Below, piece by piece: positions 10,804 through 20,079 of a stretch of DNA of 64,000 bases. The notes under the pieces were generated by a model, which had not been told where the DNA came from, made no database searches, and was given only the letters and a program-made list of their open reading frames with translations. The first letter of the stretch is position 1. Every line of letters starts with the position of its first letter. The position numbers and the translations under genes are program-made. Origin of the DNA: an uncultured Phycisphaerales bacterium (GTDB lineage Bacteria; Planctomycetota; Phycisphaerae; Sedimentisphaerales; Anaerobacaceae); contig CAVYYI010000004.1 in NCBI GenBank assembly GCA_963772725.1, positions 224,001 to 288,000 on the forward strand. The letters are read 5' to 3'.

Positions 10804-11352
10804 TCAATCGACGGTCTCAATCAAATCAATATCTATTTCGACGCTGGCGGCCTGACCAAGCATATCTATCTGCAAAACTAAACGCGCTGTATCTTTTGTT
10901 TTTATCACGATGCCCTGCAGGTCGGCCAGAGGCCCGGCTTTCACGCGACAAAGCTGCCCGGTCTTGATATATTTGTGAGGTGCAAGGTTTACACCAGCCT
11001 TGATAGCCTGCTCTATGCCGAGAAGTTCGCAAAGCAGCTTCCGCTGGTCGTTAACCTCAATAAGGTGCGCGACGCGGTTGGTTCGCAATACCTCGACCCG
11101 CTGATTCTCATCTCCGCAAAAAAACATATAACCGCCAAATAGCGGCAGAAGCGAACGCATTTTTCTGCCTTTACTATGCTGGACTTTCCATGTCATAGGC
11201 AGGAAATAGCTGATGTTTTTCCGTATCAAATCCTGCGCAAGGGCCTTTTCGTTTCTGCTTTTCGTATGAGCGACCCACCATGCGCCGGAGAAATCTTCTA
11301 TCGATTTATCTTCCGGCCAGCTTATCGGCGGATTTTCACTTGGTTTAAGCAA
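10804..11352 (-). CDS. NusG paralog, UpxY/RfaH-like transcription antiterminator
   Basis: WWVAHTKSRNEK, PLFGGYMF, C-terminal KOW-like GQLCRVKAGPLADLQG. Confidence 0.88.
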   Translation of the reverse strand: MLKPSENPPISWPEDKSIEDFSGAWWVAHTKSRNEKALAQDLIRKNISYFLPMTWKVQHSKGRKMRSLLPLFGGYMFFCGDENQRVEVLRTNRVAHLIEVNDQRKLLCELLGIEQAIKAGVNLAPHKYIKTGQLCRVKAGPLADLQGIVIKTKDTARLVLQIDMLGQAASVEIDIDLIETVD

Positions 11353-11374
11353 ATCAACGACCCTCCGGCTGAAA

Positions 11375-12688
11375 CTAAGCCTTTACGATTTTTCCCTGTC
11401 CGCCACGGACATTTGCGGTGGCGTTTCGTGTATCGACAACGAGTTTTGCGTTTTTGGCAATCCACTTATAATCATAATCGCTGTGGTCTGTCGAAATCAG
11501 GACGACATCGTAACCGGCCAGCATTTTTGCCGACAGTTTTTTACTTGCCATTCCTAAATTATGCTCACGCTGTTTATGGGTTTTAGGGATATAGGGGTCG
11601 TTGTAGTCGACTTTTGCTCCTTTTTCTTTGAGCAGCTCTATCAGTTCTATTGAAGGGGATTCACGCAGGTCGTCGATATCTTTCTTGTAAGCCAGCCCAA
11701 GTACAAGCACCTTGGAGCCTTTTAAGCTTTTCTTGCGTTCGTTTAGCGATTCCATTGTTTTTTCTATGACGTAGCGAGGCATATTTGTGTTTATTTCGCC
11801 GGCTAATTCGATAAAACGCGTCGCCATTCCGTACTGGCGTGCCTTCCACGTAAGATAAAACGGGTCGATGGGAATGCAGTGACCGCCCAGACCGGGGCCT
11901 GGATAAAACGGATTGAATCCGAAAGGCTTGGTGCTTGCCGCTCTTATTACTTCCCAGACGTCGATACCCATCCTCTCGAAAACCATCTTCAACTCATTGA
12001 CCATAGCTATATTTATGCAGCGATAAACATTTTCGAGAATTTTTGTCGCTTCGGCGGCCTCAAGGCCGGATACGGGAACAACTTTTACGATAGCGGCACC
12101 GTAAAGTCTGCAGGCCATATCGAGACAGATTTTGGTCAATCCTCCGACAACCTTGGGTATGGTCTTTGTCGTATAATTTTTATTGCCCGGGTCTTCCCGC
12201 TCAGGCGAAAACGCCAGATAGAAATCCCTGCCCGCTTTCAGTCCGGAGCGTTCGAGAATGGGGGCGACAACCTCACGCGTTGTGCCGGGATAGGTTGTGC
12301 TTTCGAGGATAATCAACTGGCCGCGTTTGAGGTATTTACCGATGGTTTCGCTGCTTTTGACAATAAACTGCATATCCGGTTCGCGATTCGCTGTCAGCGG
12401 CGTTGGTACGCAGATTATCACAGCATCGACGGTTCTGATGCGGGACATATCGGTAGTGGCCTTGAAAAGGCCGCTTTTTACCATTTTTGCCACTTGCGAA
12501 TGGGGAACGTGTTTGATGATGCTGCGGCCGGCGTTAAGCGTTTTGACCTTTTTCTCGTCGATGTCAAAACCCACGACTTTAAGACCCGCCGAGGTAAATT
12601 CCCGGACAAGGGGCAGGCCGACATATCCAAGCCCTAAAACACCGACAACAACCTTTTTATCATCAACTCTTTTTTCCCATTCTGCCAT
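11375..12688 (-). CDS. Nucleotide-sugar 6-dehydrogenase (UDP-GlcNAc dehydrogenase, WbpA/TviB-like)
   Basis: GLGYVGLPL, ICVPTP, ESTTYPGTT, FSPEREDPGN, GPGLGGHCIPIDP, LGLAYKKDIDDLRESP. Confidence 0.93.
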   Translation of the reverse strand: MAEWEKRVDDKKVVVGVLGLGYVGLPLVREFTSAGLKVVGFDIDEKKVKTLNAGRSIIKHVPHSQVAKMVKSGLFKATTDMSRIRTVDAVIICVPTPLTANREPDMQFIVKSSETIGKYLKRGQLIILESTTYPGTTREVVAPILERSGLKAGRDFYLAFSPEREDPGNKNYTTKTIPKVVGGLTKICLDMACRLYGAAIVKVVPVSGLEAAEATKILENVYRCINIAMVNELKMVFERMGIDVWEVIRAASTKPFGFNPFYPGPGLGGHCIPIDPFYLTWKARQYGMATRFIELAGEINTNMPRYVIEKTMESLNERKKSLKGSKVLVLGLAYKKDIDDLRESPSIELIELLKEKGAKVDYNDPYIPKTHKQREHNLGMASKKLSAKMLAGYDVVLISTDHSDYDYKWIAKNAKLVVDTRNATANVRGGQGKIVKA

Positions 12689-13012
12689 AAATGTTTCCTT
12701 TGTAAAAATTATAGACAGTATCAATCAGGATGATAAGTCTAAATAAATAAAGCGAAAATGTCAAAAAAAATCCCCGAAAAGCGAGAAAAAACAGAATATA
12801 GAATAAAGGCGTAGCACGAAACAAATTAAAAAATAGAAAAATAAAAAAAAATTAAAAATTGCAATTTTTTTGTCACAATTTTGCTTTGAAAAACGCCGTA
12901 TCTGAGGCGGAGAGGTTATGCGCGTAAATTTTGAGCGGGGGGAAAACGCAATACGTTAAACAGTACGCTTTAAAAAATATAGATTAAAAAAATATTTTTT
13001 CCCTTTTCTCTA

Positions 13013-13040
13013 TTGACAATAGATTAAATTGTGCTATATT
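13013..13040 (+). promoter_or_regulatory. Putative sigma70 promoter of the TPR / Cys-rich operon
   Basis: TTGACA (13013-13018), 16-bp spacer, extended -10 TGcTATATT (-10 at 13035-13040), AT-rich upstream tract. Confidence 0.6.
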
Positions 13041-13099
13041 TCAAAACTAAAGGTGTTGAATAGATAAATAAATGCGGAATATTTTTAGGGGCAATCGCA

Positions 13100-14761
13100 A
13101 TGTATAAGAGCAAAAGGAAAAACACAATCACAACGGCGGTATTCTGTCTATTATTAATTCAGTTATGCCAAATCGGCTTCGCAGATGTCATGGAGCAGTT
13201 TAAACTGGCTGATGGCTATGTCAAGGGCAAGAAATACCAGAAGGCTGAGCAGATTTATCTTGCTATTGAGGCGAACTGTCCGGACAGCAACGATGCCATG
13301 AAGGCGCAGAAAGAACTGGTAATCGTTTATATCACGACAAAAGATGAGATAAAGACAGAAGCAGCCTATAATAAATTAGTCGCCGATTGCAATGACTACG
13401 CGGGCCTGCCATCTATGCTTTATTCGATTGCCAGGAAATACGAATCGCCGGGAGTAAGAAAATATGAAAAGTCGCTTGATGTCTATCAGTATATAATACA
13501 GCAATACCCCGCCAGTCCGTCTGCCCAAAAGGCAAAATTCGATATTCGCAAGGTAAATGTTCTATCTCTTATAGATGCAGGCAAAGACACAGAAGCTCAA
13601 TCGGCTGTTGACGGCTTAATAGCCGACTTTAATGATTATCCTCTCCTCCAGTCAACCCTTTACAATATTGCGCAGGGTTATGAAAGGGCTAAAAAATATG
13701 AGCTGGCAAAAGGCATTTATCAGAAAATAATCCTGCATTACCCCTCCGATGCCTTCGCTGATAAGGCAAAGCCGAATATCGAAAAGATCGACAGCCTGCT
13801 GATGATTAACGCAAAAGATACCGCAAACGCGGATATCGCGGTGGATAAGCTTATTTTGGATTTTAACAGCAGCCCTGAATTGCCCGCCGTGCTGTATAGC
13901 CTCGCGGGACAATACGCAAGCCATGGCGAACACAGCAGGGCCAAAAGCATTTACCTGACAATAATAGCTGATTATCCAAGTTCGAGCTACGCGACCGCAT
14001 CGAAACGGCGGCTGGTAAATCTGGGTGTAACTCTCAAGAACGCAAATGAGACGCAAAATGCACTTACAAGCCTGATGGCTGATTTTAACGATGTCAACGG
14101 CGTATCAGAGCAGATTTTCGCCATTGGTGAGCAGTATTACGCCAGGGCGCAAAGCTGCGAGAAAAGAAACGATGCCAACGGCACAAAGGCGAATTACACA
14201 AAAGCTGCTCAGACCTGGGATGAGATAATCAAAAGGCCGGTAAAATCCATTATCACTGCCGACGCTTATTATTTCGGAGCGTATTGTTATCTGCGGATTG
14301 GGGAATATGACAAGGCCATCGCATACTGGCAGAAAATTGTTGCCGATTATCCGGACTATCAATACGCATGGCATGCACAGTATCGCATCGGCAACTGTTA
14401 CACGACAATGGCTAAAAAGGGGCTTATCACAGAAGAGCAGGCCAAGGCCAAACTTGAGGAGGCTTATATATCGCTTCTTGAAAAATATCCTGATTGTCCA
14501 TTCGCCAAAAGAGTGTCCGGTACGCTTGCCTCGCTCAATTTCAAAAACGGCCTATGGGAAAACGCGGCTAAGTATTTTGAGCTTCATCTTGGATATTTCG
14601 AGATTGAGGCACGACCAGCGGATATTGTTCTCAGGCTCGCTCAATGCTACGAAAAATCAGGCAATATCGAAATGGCTGGAAAATATTACAGCGAATACGC
14701 CCAGTTAGCCAAACTCGATGCGGCAGGGATAAAGGTGCTGGAAGAACGATTGTCAAAATAA
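13100..14761 (+). CDS. Exported tetratricopeptide repeat protein
   Basis: Signal peptide; repeated TPR signatures (LYNIAQGYERAKKYELAKGIYQKIILHYP, GEYDKAIAYWQKIVADYP). Confidence 0.88.
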   Translation: MYKSKRKNTITTAVFCLLLIQLCQIGFADVMEQFKLADGYVKGKKYQKAEQIYLAIEANCPDSNDAMKAQKELVIVYITTKDEIKTEAAYNKLVADCNDYAGLPSMLYSIARKYESPGVRKYEKSLDVYQYIIQQYPASPSAQKAKFDIRKVNVLSLIDAGKDTEAQSAVDGLIADFNDYPLLQSTLYNIAQGYERAKKYELAKGIYQKIILHYPSDAFADKAKPNIEKIDSLLMINAKDTANADIAVDKLILDFNSSPELPAVLYSLAGQYASHGEHSRAKSIYLTIIADYPSSSYATASKRRLVNLGVTLKNANETQNALTSLMADFNDVNGVSEQIFAIGEQYYARAQSCEKRNDANGTKANYTKAAQTWDEIIKRPVKSIITADAYYFGAYCYLRIGEYDKAIAYWQKIVADYPDYQYAWHAQYRIGNCYTTMAKKGLITEEQAKAKLEEAYISLLEKYPDCPFAKRVSGTLASLNFKNGLWENAAKYFELHLGYFEIEARPADIVLRLAQCYEKSGNIEMAGKYYSEYAQLAKLDAAGIKVLEERLSK

Positions 14762-14770
14762 ATTGGGAAA

Positions 14771-14826
14771 AGACCTAAGACGCAAGACCTCAGACCCAAT
14801 ACGCACGACGCAATACGCAATACGAA
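14771..14826 (+). repeat. Degenerate heptamer tandem repeat, 8 units
   Basis: agaccta agacgca agacctc agaccca atacgca cgacgca atacgca atacgaa, filling most of the gap between the TPR and Cys-rich genes. Confidence 0.85.
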
Positions 14827-14845
14827 AGGAAACGGAGAAAATGCT

Positions 14846-16759
14846 ATGGAAGGGATAAGGCTTAAAGGTATAATTGGCATTATGATTTGCCTGACGCTAT
14901 TTTCTATCAATATCACGACTGTTGTCGCCTGTCCGCCTGACCCGCCGGAATGCAGCGACAATGAAGACTGTCCCGGCGAATGCGAATTTTGTAACGACGG
15001 ATATTGTGAAGAAGATGATGCCTTATGCACAGGTGACTGTGATGAATGCTCCGGCGGTTCATGTGTGGAGACAAACCCCGACCCTTGCCCAGGCTGTCAG
15101 ACTTGCGACGGCATCAACTGTCAGGACGATGACTCAAAATGCCCAGGCCTATGTGAGATGTGCAGTGGTGGGGTTTGTGTAACCGACCCTTCTATATGCA
15201 CCGGCGAATGTGAAACGTGCGAGGGCGATATCTGCGTGGACGATGATACAAAATGCTTCGGTGAATGTAAGGTATGCAACAGCGGTACATGTGAGGATGA
15301 CGATACTTTATGCCCAGGCGATTGCGATGAATGTTCCAGCGGTTCATGTGTGCCGACAAACCCTGACCCCTGCCCAGGCTGCAAGAGCTGCGACGGTACC
15401 GACTGCCAGGATGATGATACTTTATGCCCAGGCAGTTGCGATGAATGTTCCGATGGTTCATGCGTGGCGACAAGTCCCGACCCGTGTCCCGGCTGCCAAA
15501 CCTGTAATGGTACTAATTGTCAGGATGATGAGTCTAAATGTCCTGGTAATTGTGATAAATGTTCCGGCGGTTCGTGTGTGCCGATAAGCCCTGACCCCTG
15601 CCCCGGCTGCAAATCCTGCAATGGTACAAACTGCCAGGACGATAACAATAAATGTACCATTTGTCAGACATGCAGCAACGGAACGTGTATACCCAGAACA
15701 AATACCTGCGATAACTGCGATAATCACGGCGCTTACTGTGCTAAGACCCCGGGAACGTACTGTGTCGGTGATGCAATTACGGCAGGCACTATCACAGCGC
15801 CCGCAGATAACTCGAATGTGGATTCGAATAGTACAATTAATTTGACAGCAACTGCCGGCAGCGATTCGGATTGTTATTATTACACAAGCGGTGATGGTTG
15901 TTTTACATGCTCAAGTAGTGAAGACGATACGATAGAGGGAGATGATATTTCGTGGAGTGCGGTTGTTGAGGGGTCTAATCCACCGGAAGCCGCGGGTTCT
16001 TTTCCTTCAGGCGATTGGGGGGAATCGGTTCAGTGGAAAGCACCCGCTGTTTGCAGCGATACGAATGTGGTAATTACCGCAACATGGAATGATACCGGAA
16101 CAATGTATCCTTATGACTCTTCTGTTTCACATTCGCATACGGTAAAGGTTATAAATACGGGAAATCCATTAGACGCACCAGCACGTAGCATATATTACAT
16201 TAGAAATGGTGTAACGAACTACGCATTAATTGCATTTGAAGATGTAAAATGGGATAAAGATTTGCCATGCTGGTGCAGTCATGGGACAACAACTCAAGGT
16301 AATAAGTATACCCATTATCATAATCCTGTTGGAATACCCTATACACCACCGGGGGAACCTACGATAACAATGGACGAAGTTAATGCATACTGGGATTGGC
16401 TATTAGAGAAAGAAGAATCTGATTGGAGCAGGCATCGCCAAATGGGAAGCAACGCTACATTTGAGCGAAATTGTTTTGGATATGCAATGGATGTGGATTA
16501 CTGGGTTGATGAAGATGTAACAATAGTTCTTCAGGATGATTATACCAGCATTTCTTATGCAAATAGAACAAGTGCTGATTTTTACGCAAATGGAACAAGT
16601 CCGACTCATGCGGTTAAGGTGCTTGAATGGTTTCAAGATGGTACACTTAAAAAAACAATAGAAAAGAATAAATATAGCGGTGCTTACATAGCAGAATGGG
16701 ATGATGACCAAAATGGCGGTGGTACCGCATTGTCAAGCTGGACTTATTGGGATCCATGA
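14846..16759 (+). CDS. Secreted cysteine-rich repeat protein with an Ig-like middle domain and a possible Cys/His catalytic C-terminal domain
   Basis: Signal peptide (VVA-CPP); 13 consecutive C-x2/3-C-x2-C-x4-C units with acidic linkers (about 14970-15690); beta-rich spacer; C-terminal NCFGYA ... THAVKV. Confidence 0.75.
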   Translation: MEGIRLKGIIGIMICLTLFSINITTVVACPPDPPECSDNEDCPGECEFCNDGYCEEDDALCTGDCDECSGGSCVETNPDPCPGCQTCDGINCQDDDSKCPGLCEMCSGGVCVTDPSICTGECETCEGDICVDDDTKCFGECKVCNSGTCEDDDTLCPGDCDECSSGSCVPTNPDPCPGCKSCDGTDCQDDDTLCPGSCDECSDGSCVATSPDPCPGCQTCNGTNCQDDESKCPGNCDKCSGGSCVPISPDPCPGCKSCNGTNCQDDNNKCTICQTCSNGTCIPRTNTCDNCDNHGAYCAKTPGTYCVGDAITAGTITAPADNSNVDSNSTINLTATAGSDSDCYYYTSGDGCFTCSSSEDDTIEGDDISWSAVVEGSNPPEAAGSFPSGDWGESVQWKAPAVCSDTNVVITATWNDTGTMYPYDSSVSHSHTVKVINTGNPLDAPARSIYYIRNGVTNYALIAFEDVKWDKDLPCWCSHGTTTQGNKYTHYHNPVGIPYTPPGEPTITMDEVNAYWDWLLEKEESDWSRHRQMGSNATFERNCFGYAMDVDYWVDEDVTIVLQDDYTSISYANRTSADFYANGTSPTHAVKVLEWFQDGTLKKTIEKNKYSGAYIAEWDDDQNGGGTALSSWTYWDP

Positions 16760-16792
16760 TAATATTAAATATTCATTGAAAGGATAGGAAAA

Positions 16793-17806
16793 ATGAGATA
16801 CATAATTCGAATCTATAATCTAATTTTAGGTTTGTTATTGATTTTAATATTCCAAATTACAGTTATGGCGGAAGGAGACCCTAACCAAGTTTCAGAAAAG
16901 GTTGCTGATGTCAATGAAACGGTAACAGTTAGAAAAATTCTAAAAGAGAACAAAAGACATGATGTGAGAATTGCAAAAATAACTGAATTGTTGAAGAAGG
17001 AATCGCTGGAAAAAAGTATAAAGTTGCTATCAGAAAGTAATTTATATTTCTGGAATAATTACCAAATTATTTTGCCAGAACCAGAGATAAATATTCCCTT
17101 AAAAGCTTCAGCTGACCAAATTAATGTTATAGCTATAATGGGCAATCGCAGATTCCTGAAAGTTATGGACGAAATAAAGCTGTTGCCGAAAACGGAGGCG
17201 GCGAATCTGCTTAATAAAGAGATAATAAATTCACTGGAGGAGTATGAAAAACTGTTTAATTCGTATATGGCAGAGAAGGAACGTATTTTTAAGCATAATC
17301 TTGAACAGCCAAATAAAAGTTGGGGGCTGAGTTTTGTAATATCTACGAATGATGACAGCCCTTCGCTGATTTCGCAGCGTCATAAAGTGTGGGCACTTGT
17401 TTTAATTGCGGGAAATCTGGAATTGCCAGAGACAAAAGACACAGTTAGTAAAGTCGTCGAAACGGCGATGAAGCAGAGAGAAATGCTTTATAATAAGAAA
17501 GGTTCCGTTGACCCTCTAAGCGCTGGCGCGTTACTTGGTTCTGCAAGTCTTTATAATCGGCAAATCTTAGCCACTGCGGCTTTAGGGACATACGTTAGTT
17601 CTGATAAAGCGCAACAAATACTAAACGAGACTGTGCAGACATTGGAAACCCATAGGCTTACACATTACAGTTCCAGCAAAGCACTCTATGATTTAGATGT
17701 CGGTTCTGTTGAAATTGCTGACTACTCAAAAGGTGAGTTGAGCGTCAAATGTCTTAAGCCTTTGGATGATTCAAAATTCGATGCTATTATCGAAGCTGTC
17801 AAATAA
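16793..17806 (+). CDS. Exported hypothetical protein (helical)
   Basis: 337 aa; signal peptide ending VMA-EGDPN; no recognised motif. Confidence 0.7.
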   Translation: MRYIIRIYNLILGLLLILIFQITVMAEGDPNQVSEKVADVNETVTVRKILKENKRHDVRIAKITELLKKESLEKSIKLLSESNLYFWNNYQIILPEPEINIPLKASADQINVIAIMGNRRFLKVMDEIKLLPKTEAANLLNKEIINSLEEYEKLFNSYMAEKERIFKHNLEQPNKSWGLSFVISTNDDSPSLISQRHKVWALVLIAGNLELPETKDTVSKVVETAMKQREMLYNKKGSVDPLSAGALLGSASLYNRQILATAALGTYVSSDKAQQILNETVQTLETHRLTHYSSSKALYDLDVGSVEIADYSKGELSVKCLKPLDDSKFDAIIEAVK

Positions 17807-17843
17807 TGCTGTAAAAATTCTATTTTTATAGGAGATTTCCATA

Positions 17844-19448
17844 ATGTTTATTCGCAGTGAATTAGTGATAGGGGCGGTATTGAGTGTTTTTCTGCTGCAA
17901 GGCGGGTGTAATACTTTTCAAAAGAAAGATGTGGATAATAGCAGTATAACAATTGGCTCATCTCCAGTATTGGGTGCTAAAAGTGCCCCTGTAACAATTG
18001 TCGCGTTTCTTGATTTGCAGTGTCCTTACTGTATGCGGGAACTGCCTAAGATAAAGCAGATTCAAAATGAGAACCCATCTAAGGTTAAATTTGTATTTAA
18101 GCATTTCCCCTTAAGTTTTCACAAGAAATCAAAGCCTGCGCACGCGGCTTTGGAATTAGCAAGGTTGCAAGGCGGGGATAAGGCATTCTGGAAGATGCTG
18201 GATTTGATTGAGCAGCAGCCGACTAAACTGGATATTGCAGTTCTAAGACTTTATGCCGAAAAACTGAATTTAAATATGGCTAAATTCGATGCTGTTATGG
18301 CCGATGCCAGCCAAATCAATAAACTCCTTGAAAATGATATTGCGCAGGGGAAACAACTTGGTGTTAATGGTACGCCCACAGTATTTATAAATGGCGAAAA
18401 AATGGTCGCTCGTGAGGTAAGTGATTACAAGGCTCGAATCGATGACATTTTAAGCAATGGAAAGAGACTGGCAAAGGCAAAGAATAATGGTGCGATATTA
18501 ACCTTTGAAAAGACGGTGTGCGATTTAGGGGAAATCAGCGTAAGAGAAAAGAAAGATTGCGAATTAAAGTTTAAGAATACGGGTAAAGGGTTATTGGCCA
18601 TAGGTGAAATAAAATCGACCTGTGGCTGTACTGTGCCGAGTTTGGCAAAGAAGGAATATAAACCCGGTGAAGATGGGGTTATTAAAATCAGTTACAGCGG
18701 GCAAAGCAACTCCGGCGCGGTAGCAAAACACATATATGTATCAAGCAATGATGGTGCCAATCCCAAAATTGCTCTTACACTAAAGGCTGCTGTTACCGAG
18801 CAAATTATAGTTACGCCTGCAAAATTAAATCTCAATCTTGATAAAGATAATGCGGGTATGCCGGAGATAAGTATAAAGAGTAAAGACGGTGCGGCTTTTA
18901 GTATAAAGAGCTTTACGGTTAATAATGATGTGATTAAGGCGGATTGCGATAGTAATGCTGCGGCTGAATTTATTATTAAGCCCAAAGCAGATTTAGCGAA
19001 ACTTAAAAATAATACGGCAGGTATAATAAGGGTGATTATCGACCATCCCAAATGCAGTTCGATAACCATTCCTTATGAGGTTCTGACGAGATTTTCAGTT
19101 CAGCCGGGCAGATTGGTATTTTTAATCGCCGAGCCGAACACACCGGAAAAAAGAGACATTGTTGTTAAGAATAATTACGGCGAGAATTTCGAGATAGCCT
19201 CCGTATCCTCTCGGCATGGTTTTGTAAAGCTTATTTCAGAGAGTAAGAACCAAAACAGCGTAAAATTAACCGTAGAAGTAACCCCACCCCTGAGTTCTGA
19301 AAATCATTTCGCCGATTCCATCGACATTGACCTCAAAGATGGCGAGCATCTGACAATCCCCTGCAGCGGCTTTTATAAAAGCGTAATAGATTCAAAATCC
19401 AAACCCCTCGCCCATGCCGCAAAAGACTCTTCGCAAAATAAACAATAG
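17844..19448 (+). CDS. DsbA-like thioredoxin-fold lipoprotein fused to DUF1573 / Ig-like domains
   Basis: Lipobox QGGC; DLQCPYC, FKHFPL, GVNGTPT; second part KSTCGCT (DUF1573-type). Confidence 0.85.
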   Translation: MFIRSELVIGAVLSVFLLQGGCNTFQKKDVDNSSITIGSSPVLGAKSAPVTIVAFLDLQCPYCMRELPKIKQIQNENPSKVKFVFKHFPLSFHKKSKPAHAALELARLQGGDKAFWKMLDLIEQQPTKLDIAVLRLYAEKLNLNMAKFDAVMADASQINKLLENDIAQGKQLGVNGTPTVFINGEKMVAREVSDYKARIDDILSNGKRLAKAKNNGAILTFEKTVCDLGEISVREKKDCELKFKNTGKGLLAIGEIKSTCGCTVPSLAKKEYKPGEDGVIKISYSGQSNSGAVAKHIYVSSNDGANPKIALTLKAAVTEQIIVTPAKLNLNLDKDNAGMPEISIKSKDGAAFSIKSFTVNNDVIKADCDSNAAAEFIIKPKADLAKLKNNTAGIIRVIIDHPKCSSITIPYEVLTRFSVQPGRLVFLIAEPNTPEKRDIVVKNNYGENFEIASVSSRHGFVKLISESKNQNSVKLTVEVTPPLSSENHFADSIDIDLKDGEHLTIPCSGFYKSVIDSKSKPLAHAAKDSSQNKQ

Positions 19449-19493
19449 TCAAATGTTCTATGCCGCCGCTGTGCAGGGCAATATATCGCAATA

Positions 19494-19527
19494 AAAAAGG
19501 CCGACCCCTTTCTCAGTCGGCCTTTTT
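19494..19527. terminator. Bidirectional intrinsic terminator
   Basis: AAAAAGGCCGAC-loop-GTCGGCCTTTTT between convergent genes. Confidence 0.85.
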
Positions 19528-19547
19528 GCAAGAAGTTACTCGCCAAT

Positions 19548-19910
19548 TCATTTACGAATCGGCATCTCGTGTTTCTTCCACTCTTCGAAGCCTCCGATGA
19601 GTTCCATTACGGGATAACCATTTTCGGCGAACTCTCTGCATGCTTTAGCGGAAAGCAGGCAGGTAATCGAATAGCAATACACGACGTTTGTTTTGTCGTG
19701 TCTGAGGCCTTCAAATGTTCCCCACTTTTCTTTTGGAAGGTTTACAGCTTCCGGGATATGGCCTTTGCGGTAATCCTCCTCCCTTCGGACATCGATTACG
19801 TTGACTTCGCCAGTTTCAAGCATCTCGTTCAGCCCATTTGGGTCTATTATGAACTCAAGTTTGGCCTCGAAGTATTCCTGCACTTTAAACGGACTTGCTA
19901 CACTTAACAT
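19548..19910 (-). CDS. Rhodanese-like domain protein
   Basis: VIDVR, GHIPEAVNLP, VVYCYSITC, LIGGFEEW. Confidence 0.9.
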   Translation of the reverse strand: MLSVASPFKVQEYFEAKLEFIIDPNGLNEMLETGEVNVIDVRREEDYRKGHIPEAVNLPKEKWGTFEGLRHDKTNVVYCYSITCLLSAKACREFAENGYPVMELIGGFEEWKKHEMPIRK

Positions 19911-20079
19911 GTTTTGTCTCCTTTGAATCTCTTGTCATTATCAATGCTCGTCTGCTATGTTATACGCTGGGGTTCATTTCATGGTTCTATATTGAACGGG
20001 TAAAATATTGACATCTGCCGCGGCACGAGGTAAGGTATTGTGAAAAATACTGTCAGGTTTTTGAATTGGTGCCTTATTT

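Noticed and set aside
14930..15765. Polyferredoxin or multiheme cytochrome
   Set aside because: No CxxCxxCxxxCP spacing and no CxxCH; the Sec signal and neighbouring DsbA favour disulfides.
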